From the NCBI RefSeq assembly GCF_006345805.1, contig NC_043013.1:17670001-17734000 (forward strand): a DNA stretch of 64,000 nt. Reading direction: 5' to 3'. Origin of the DNA: Octopus sinensis (Eukaryota). The position numbers and the translations under genes are program-made. The notes beneath the pieces are model-generated. The model was given only the letters and a program-made list of their open reading frames with translations. It did no database searches and was not told where the DNA came from. This document shows, in pieces, positions 58,801 to 64,000 of this stretch (within the stretch, counting starts at the first letter, position 1; each line of letters starts with the position of its first letter).

Positions 58801-61800
58801 CTTTGCTCAATGCTTTCGGTGGTCATTTTGCCTGAAAATGGGAATCTGACGAGCACACACTACATGTCTGTACTCTGGGTGTAACAGATGGAAATTGATA
58901 TGGCCTAGTGGCACAAAAATTTTCACACATGCGTAGGAAGAGTGGCACCACCGCCCACCCGAAGGAGTTTGCTCATGTAGCATTGGTTTTGGCAGGAAAG
59001 AAAATAAAGTCAGATACTTTTTGAATGCATCTCATATCTTGGTTTTGTTATGTGCATAAAAAATGGCCCTGATGGTAATGATAAAGAAATTATTGTTGTA
59101 ATTTTTATTCCAGGTAACTTCCAGACATCGTGAAGAAGCAAGTGAATATGAAGAGACAGATGGTAAGCCATCTTGAAATAATAATAATAATTTAATCTAG
59201 TTTTTCTCACAACAAGGGAGCTCCTACTTAGTTACTGGGTCTGTTGGAAATATCAGCTGAACTTCCCTTAGACTACACTCTCCTGTCTTAAAAATGGGAG
59301 TTACACTATATTTGAAAACAGAAAGACAAGATGATTGTGGCCGGAAAGATTTTGATCTTCGTCTTCTCCATCACAGCTGACCTGGGGCTAACAACAATAT
59401 TTTCCCTTAATGATTTTTTACTTTTGCACAAGAACTTTATTTTGTTGATGTAGGTGCAGGTATGGCTGTGTGATTAAAAAGCTTTCTTCCCAACCTCATG
59501 GTTTGGGGTTTAGCCCCTCTCTGTTACACTTTGGGCAAGTAGCCCTTGACCAACCAGAGCCTTGTGAGATGGAACCTGAAAGAAGCTTGGTGTATGTGAG
59601 TGTGTGTGTTTTGTCTCCAAGTTTTTATATTGCATGATTTTTGTAAATGAATGTCAATGGTTTGTCTTCATCTCTGATCTTATGTAAAATTCTCTTTATT
59701 TTGCAGATATTCTTATTGTAAAACTTCGTAAAGGACAAGAACTGAAGCTACGGGCTTTCGCTCGTAAAGGTTTTGCCAAGGAGCATGCAAAATGGAATCC
59801 AACTTGTGGAGTCGCCTTTGAATATGATCCAGACAATGCTTTACGCCACACTCTGCTTCCCAAACCTGAAGAATGGTAAATTTTCAAGAACTAAAATAAC
59901 TATCAACCATCTCTTGGACAAGACATTTGATTCTACATGCTCCAGTTGGCCTGGTTGACAAATGAATGTTAGGCTTTCAGGGGAATGTCATCCGCTGAAT
60001 AGTTTAGTGATTCTAACCAGAAGAAAGTCTTCTGTCCATGTCCTGAGATTGCAAAACCATAAGAAATGGACTTTAATCACAGACTATGAATATGAGAACA
60101 TTCAGAGTCGTGTAAATGAGAGTGTAGTGGGTGCTTTTTATGTGCCACTGACACGGAGGCCAGTCAGGCGATACTGGCAACGACCTCACTCGAATTTTTG
60201 TACACATGCCACCAGCACAGGTGACAGTAAGGCGACAGTAACAATCACGCTCAAATAGGCGTAGTTGAGAGAGTAAAGTATTAGACCAGAGGTTCTCAGC
60301 CATTTTTATCTATGGACCCCTTGGTTTACTGTTTTATTCTGTTGGACTCCCATGGCCATTTGATGTTTAAAAATTAATTCCTTCAAAATTCTTTTTACTT
60401 ATCACGCCTTCACACGTGCAAGTTGAACTATGCACAAACTTAGCTGTTTCTTAAATTACATAGATTTAAATCAGAATTTAGCATGGACCCCTAAAATACC
60501 ACTGTGGATCCCCAATTTACTATTTTGCTAGCGTGGTCCCCCAAAAATCTTATATGGGCCACAGTTGAGAACCACTGCATTAGACTAACGTATTCCTGAT
60601 CTTCACTTGTCTCCCTTGATTTTTAAATTTTTTGCCATCTTCACTGTGGATTATCTTCCCACTTTAATTAATGTCTACCAACCAACAGGTGTGTGTTTCA
60701 CCTTGTGCTTAGCCCCCCCCACACACACACTTCCACTCCCCCCTCAAAATACTTCAACTCTTTCTCTTTATACTTCACTACTCTTTATCTCTTCTTAAAT
60801 TTTTCAGCACCATTCGAAACCATTTTATTCATATCTCCCCTTCCCTGGAATATTTTTGATCATTGTTCTATTCAGTTGGAACTGACCTTCGTTAAACAAC
60901 AATAGCAATCGCGATGAAATATTGTCTCAATGTTTAGATGTTTAGGCAGCATGTTGGCATGAGTTCGACGGTTTGACAGGTGCTGGTAAATCAGAAGACT
61001 GCACCAGGCTTCACAGTCTGTTTTGGCATTGTATTTTATGGCTTAATGCCCTTCATAATTGCAACCACCTTACTGAGTGGACCGAGAGCTTTTTACATGG
61101 CACCAGCACTGGTGAGGCCTGTTTTGGCATGGTTTTTACACCTGGATACCCTTCCAAATGCCAACCACTGTGGACTGGATGCTTTTTACATTGCACCAGC
61201 GCTGTGGGGGTCACCAAATAACTCACAAGACAAAGATCCTTTGAGAGCAGGGTGTATGTAAGTTACTGGACTACCAAATCATTGATCAGGCGTGTTTAAG
61301 GTAATAGATCAGTACAACATTCCGCTAGAAGATTTTTCTATTCCTCTCAGTTAATTGAACAACATAACGTATAAAGTTTGACAATGCCATGGTATACTCT
61401 ATTTACTGCCCTGTCTATTTCTATATGAATAAAATTATTCTATTGTTTGTCTTTTTAATGGTTTTATATTTATTCTCTTTCTATTTTCTTTCAGGCCTCG
61501 AAGTGAATACAGTGAGCTTGAGCCTGATGATCCCCGTAAGTTATACACTCCCCACTTCCATTAGACCTCAATTATCTGATTTGGGCAGGAATTGAGTATT
61601 TTATTCAAATAACTTATCTGATTGCTGTAAACAATGGAAGCTATACTAAATATAATCATCATCATCATATGTTTAAAAGGATTTAAAAAAGATATTTGAG
61701 GTATGAGTTTTGCAATGTTGTGCCATCATTGATGTCACTATTTCACAATCCTGGCGCTATAAGACCTTCTTATCAATGTTTGGTCGTCTCTGATACTTCC

Positions 61801-62560
61801 TTTCTCTTCACAGACATAGTAATGACAACAAACTTGATCTTATGTAAATGATTTGTATTCAGTATAAAGTCATACCGTCAACGAATGCACCAAATGGTTT
61901 TGCTGTGTTTTTTTAAATCCTTCAGCATGTCAGTTGTTTTTCATTTGTTAAAATTATTTTAACAGTGTTTAAAGTGATCAACTGAGATCAAATTAGCTGA
62001 CCAGTTGACCTCTGGTACTTTTAATAGTTGTTGAAAAGAAGATGCATTCATCATACCATTGTTGATAAAATCTTGTTCAAGTATTGGTGTTTCACTTTTG
62101 AAATAAAAGATGCATTTGTCACACTATTGTTGGTAGTGTTTCACATAGCAGTGTTACATATATTAGCAGTCTAGATCTAGTTATCTGTTATCTAGTTATT
62201 TGTCTGTCTATCTACCTATGTGTGAGTGTGACTTGCTTCTTCCATGCTGGTATGCATTGGGCACTTCAACAGGAGCCAATTAGTCAATGGCCTGCATCAA
62301 GCTCTCGTTATCTGATATGTAAGCATGTGTCTTTGTGTGTATGTTTCAATTCTAAAACATTTCATCTCATTCTCTTTTCAGCTCAAGCCCCGTTTGACCC
62401 TTCTGGAAGACCAAACAAATTCTACTACAATGTGGAATCATGTGCTTCATTGCGGCCAGAAAATATTGTTTTTTCAGCCATTGCAGTCCTAAAGAAGAAA
62501 TTGAGTGATTTACAGACGCAACTCAGTCAAGAAATGCAGGGAGATGCCCTGCGAATTTGA
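45754..62560 (+). CDS. POLR2C: DNA-directed RNA polymerase II subunit RPB3; join(45754..45839,50418..50467,54725..54846,55701..55829,59114..59162,59707..59875,61495..61535,62382..62560), 825 nt, 274 aa
   Basis: Eight GT-AG exons splice in frame: [73 protein letters not shown]...[21 protein letters not shown]...[32 protein letters not shown]...[22 protein letters not shown]. Confidence 0.97.
46166..46642. mobile_element. Non-autonomous DNA element with about 30-bp TIRs, a duplicated left end and internal (CCCTAA)3
   Basis: GGATCTTTTCGGTTTGAACGGCAGTTTTTT / AAAAAAACTGCCGTTCAAACCGAAAAGATCC; 46166-46248 is repeated at 46249-46322; CCCTAA x3 at 46538-46555. Confidence 0.8.
47550..48085 (-). mobile_element. 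RTE LINE 3' fragment
   Basis: [14 protein letters not shown]...[14 protein letters not shown]. Confidence 0.75.
48240..49290 (+). mobile_element. Degraded RTE (BovB-like) LINE fragment
   Basis: NYRRISLL; [26 protein letters not shown]...[12 protein letters not shown]; GVKQG; [14 protein letters not shown]. Many disruptions. Confidence 0.78.
50418..50467 (+). CDS. POLR2C: POLR2C exon 2 (50 nt)
   Basis: TTTTCAG / GTGAG boundaries; [16 protein letters not shown]. Confidence 0.93.
50546..51046. mobile_element. hAT MITE with a nested SINE family A copy (50672-50901)
   Basis: CAGTGTGTCTCAACC / GTCAAGAACCACTG ends; 8-bp flanks TTCTGTAT and CTTTGTAT. Confidence 0.75.
51340..51572 (+). mobile_element. 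SINE family A
   Basis: Near-consensus full copy. Confidence 0.9.
52902..53726 (+). mobile_element. Internally deleted Tc1/mariner-superfamily element (maT/rosa-like motifs)
   Basis: TA-flanked TIRs CAGGGTGTGATGGGTAAATTGTTGCC / GACAACAGTTTATTCACCACACGCTG; [12 protein letters not shown]...[14 protein letters not shown]...[17 protein letters not shown]. Confidence 0.88.
53751..54286 (+). mobile_element. 5' fragment of a mariner (Mos1/Hsmar-like) transposase
   Basis: TAAGGTCATCCCATAAG end; [64 protein letters not shown]. Truncated after the second HTH. Confidence 0.88.
54725..54846 (+). CDS. POLR2C: POLR2C exon 3 (122 nt)
   Basis: TTTGTCAG / GTGAG boundaries; [41 protein letters not shown]. 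Confidence 0.95.
55501..55640. repeat. Long C/T-rich low-complexity tract upstream of POLR2C exon 4
   Basis: Almost purely pyrimidine on the + strand. Confidence 0.8.
55701..55829 (+). CDS. POLR2C: POLR2C exon 4 (129 nt), zinc-binding loop
   Basis: TTCTCAG / GTCAGT boundaries; [43 protein letters not shown]. Confidence 0.95.
55894..56034. mobile_element. Mariner-type MITE (141 bp)
   Basis: TA-flanked TIRs TTAGGTTGTCCCAAAAGTT / AACTTTTGGGACAACCTTA. Confidence 0.88.
57205..58085 (+). mobile_element. 3' end of an RTE LINE: ORF end, 3' UTR with about 60-bp minisatellite, (ATG)n tail
   Basis: [54 protein letters not shown]; tandem GGCACGTAAAAAGCACCATCC units; GATGATGATG end. Confidence 0.9.
58150..59037 (+). 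mobile_element. Degraded mariner element
   Basis: [55 protein letters not shown]; right end TCAGATACTTTTTGAATGCATCTCATA. Confidence 0.85.
59114..59162 (+). CDS. POLR2C: POLR2C exon 5 (49 nt)
   Basis: TTCCAG / GTAAG boundaries; [16 protein letters not shown]. Confidence 0.9.
59707..59875 (+). CDS. POLR2C: POLR2C exon 6 (169 nt)
   Basis: TTGCAG / GTAAA boundaries; [57 protein letters not shown]. Confidence 0.95.
60287..60577. mobile_element. hAT MITE (same group as 37024 and 50546)
   Basis: CAGAGGTTCTCAGCC / GTTGAGAACCACTG ends; 8-bp flanks TATTAGAC and CATTAGAC. Confidence 0.85.
61495..61535 (+). CDS. POLR2C: POLR2C exon 7 (41 nt)
   Basis: TTTCAG / GTAAG boundaries; [13 protein letters not shown]. 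Confidence 0.9.
62382..62560 (+). CDS. POLR2C: POLR2C exon 8, terminal coding part
   Basis: TTTTCAG acceptor; [59 protein letters not shown] then TGA. Confidence 0.95.
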
Positions 62561-63772
62561 ACATCATCTCTTAGATTTTATCAGGTTTTTTTTTCTTCAT
62601 TTCATTCATCATTTCAGATAAAAAAAAAAATTCAGTCTTAATAAAATTCTAAGCATTTTTAATTCTTTTGTATTTCTATCATAATGAGGTTTTATTGTTT
62701 TTTTAACCCTTTTCTGTTGAAATACACTGGCTATTTTTCAGTTAATTTTGGAAACTGTGAAGAATTTAGTGTAACAATTTGTTTGGTGTTTGGAATATAA
62801 ATTAACATGAAATTTTTACAGTAGGTTTCAATTTAAATTATTTAAAAACATGAAGTTTGTATCGTAGAAGCTGGAGTTGGTATCAAAAGTGTTAATATTT
62901 TTGGTCTGGTGGAAGAGAGCCCCTTCATGGCTTTCTCAGGCCCTTTGAAACAAGTGAGATCAACATCGACATAGTTGGTGTCCTTCATGATTAGATGCAG
63001 GGAATAGGGAGTGTGATTTTAGAGAGCTGACTTTTTTGGAGAGGGAATGAAGAGCCTGGTGTGGCAGCTGGCAATAAGGTGAAAGTACAATGTGGCTGAC
63101 AGGTGGTGGATTGGAAGGGTCTTTTAGCAAGGGTGCAGATGTTTGTGTATGTGAAGTAGCAACTTCATTCCAGATGTTGGAGCAGAATTTCATTGTTGGT
63201 CCCTTTTATGCTTTGTACAAAGTATTTGTTGAGAGTTTTAAGTGTTCTGTGCCCTTGAGAAGCAAGCAAGAGCAGTCTTTATGATGCTGTCTTATACATC
63301 CTTGCATAAATTACTTTTTGTTTTCATGTTGGTTGGGGGTGGACTCTTTTTCTTCCCCTGCCAGCAAAAGTTGGACAATGACTGAGGCAGTATTTCATAG
63401 ATCTATGTCCTTTCTGTTGCCAATCTTTACCCCTGTTTTTCAAGTAAGAGATTTTTATGCCATTGGTCTTTGCCACTCAAAACCATGAGGCTACAAGACA
63501 TGTTGTTTAAAGGTATCTCACGTCACTCTTTTGCTTCAATAGTATCATGTAAAGGCATGCAGAAAGTAAACACATACAGACATATCTAATCATCATTTTA
63601 ACTCCATTTTCCCAATGTGGCATCTGTCAAACAGGGTTCGTTGAGGCAGGTTTTCTACTGAAATATGACATACGTATAATAATTATAATTTAACTTTTAT
63701 TGGATTTATTGGTGCTTATACAGAATGCTAAAATTTAGTATTCATTTCATTATTCTGTATAAGTACCTTCTG

Positions 63773-64000
63773 TGAAGGCGCATGGCTCAGTGGTTAGAGC
63801 GTCGAGCTTACGATCGTGAGGTTGTGAGCTCGAATCCCGGACCGGGCTGCGTGTTGTGTTCTTGAGCAAGACACTTTATTTCACGTTGCTCCAGTTCACT
63901 CAGCTGTAGAAATGAGTTGCGACGTCACTGGTGCCAAGCTGTATCGACCTTTGTCTTTCCCTTTGATAACACTGGTGGCGTGGAGAGGGGAGGCTGGTAT
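63773..64000 (+). mobile_element. tRNA-derived SINE (family F), running off the window
   Basis: A box TGGCTCAGTGGTTAG, B-box-like AGCTCGAATCCC, then TTCTTGAGCAAGACACTTTA core. A related degraded head lies at about 16660-16770. Confidence 0.8.

Noticed and set aside
63773-63850. tRNA gene
   Set aside because: The tRNA-like head runs straight into a SINE core with no acceptor stem closure.

Overview
AT-rich, intron-rich animal genomic DNA. The repeat families and (AT)n/(CAT)n microsatellites suggest an octopus or other coleoid cephalopod; this is inference from recognised repeat types, not a search. Three spliced protein-coding genes, all tied to RNA polymerase II, were rebuilt by hand from splice sites and remembered homology. 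(1) The last three coding exons of cyclin T (CCNT, + strand, 353-4132). (2) A 7-exon RPRD1A/B-type CTD-interacting-domain gene (- strand, 40454-27529), whose first exon carries a 1-nt deletion inside a locally triplicated, probably mis-assembled segment. (3) A complete 8-exon POLR2C/RPB3 gene (+ strand, 45754-62560, 274 aa), divergent from RPRD1. The rest is intron or intergenic DNA full of transposon relics: RTE LINEs (one with a PHD-type finger inside the RT region), an L1/Tx1-type LINE split by a hAT MITE, a CR1-like 3' end, several Tc1/mariner relics, a TTAA-flanked piggyBac relic, hAT and foldback MITEs, and at least five SINE-like families. Most entries in the ORF track are microsatellite, SINE or antisense artefacts. 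I found no clearly new biological system. The best leads are the Pol II CTD-cycle gene trio, the RPRD1 exon 1 anomaly, a tRNA-like cloverleaf in a tandem duplication, a mariner whose long inverted arms both carry the 5' end, and the PHD-in-RT RTE.
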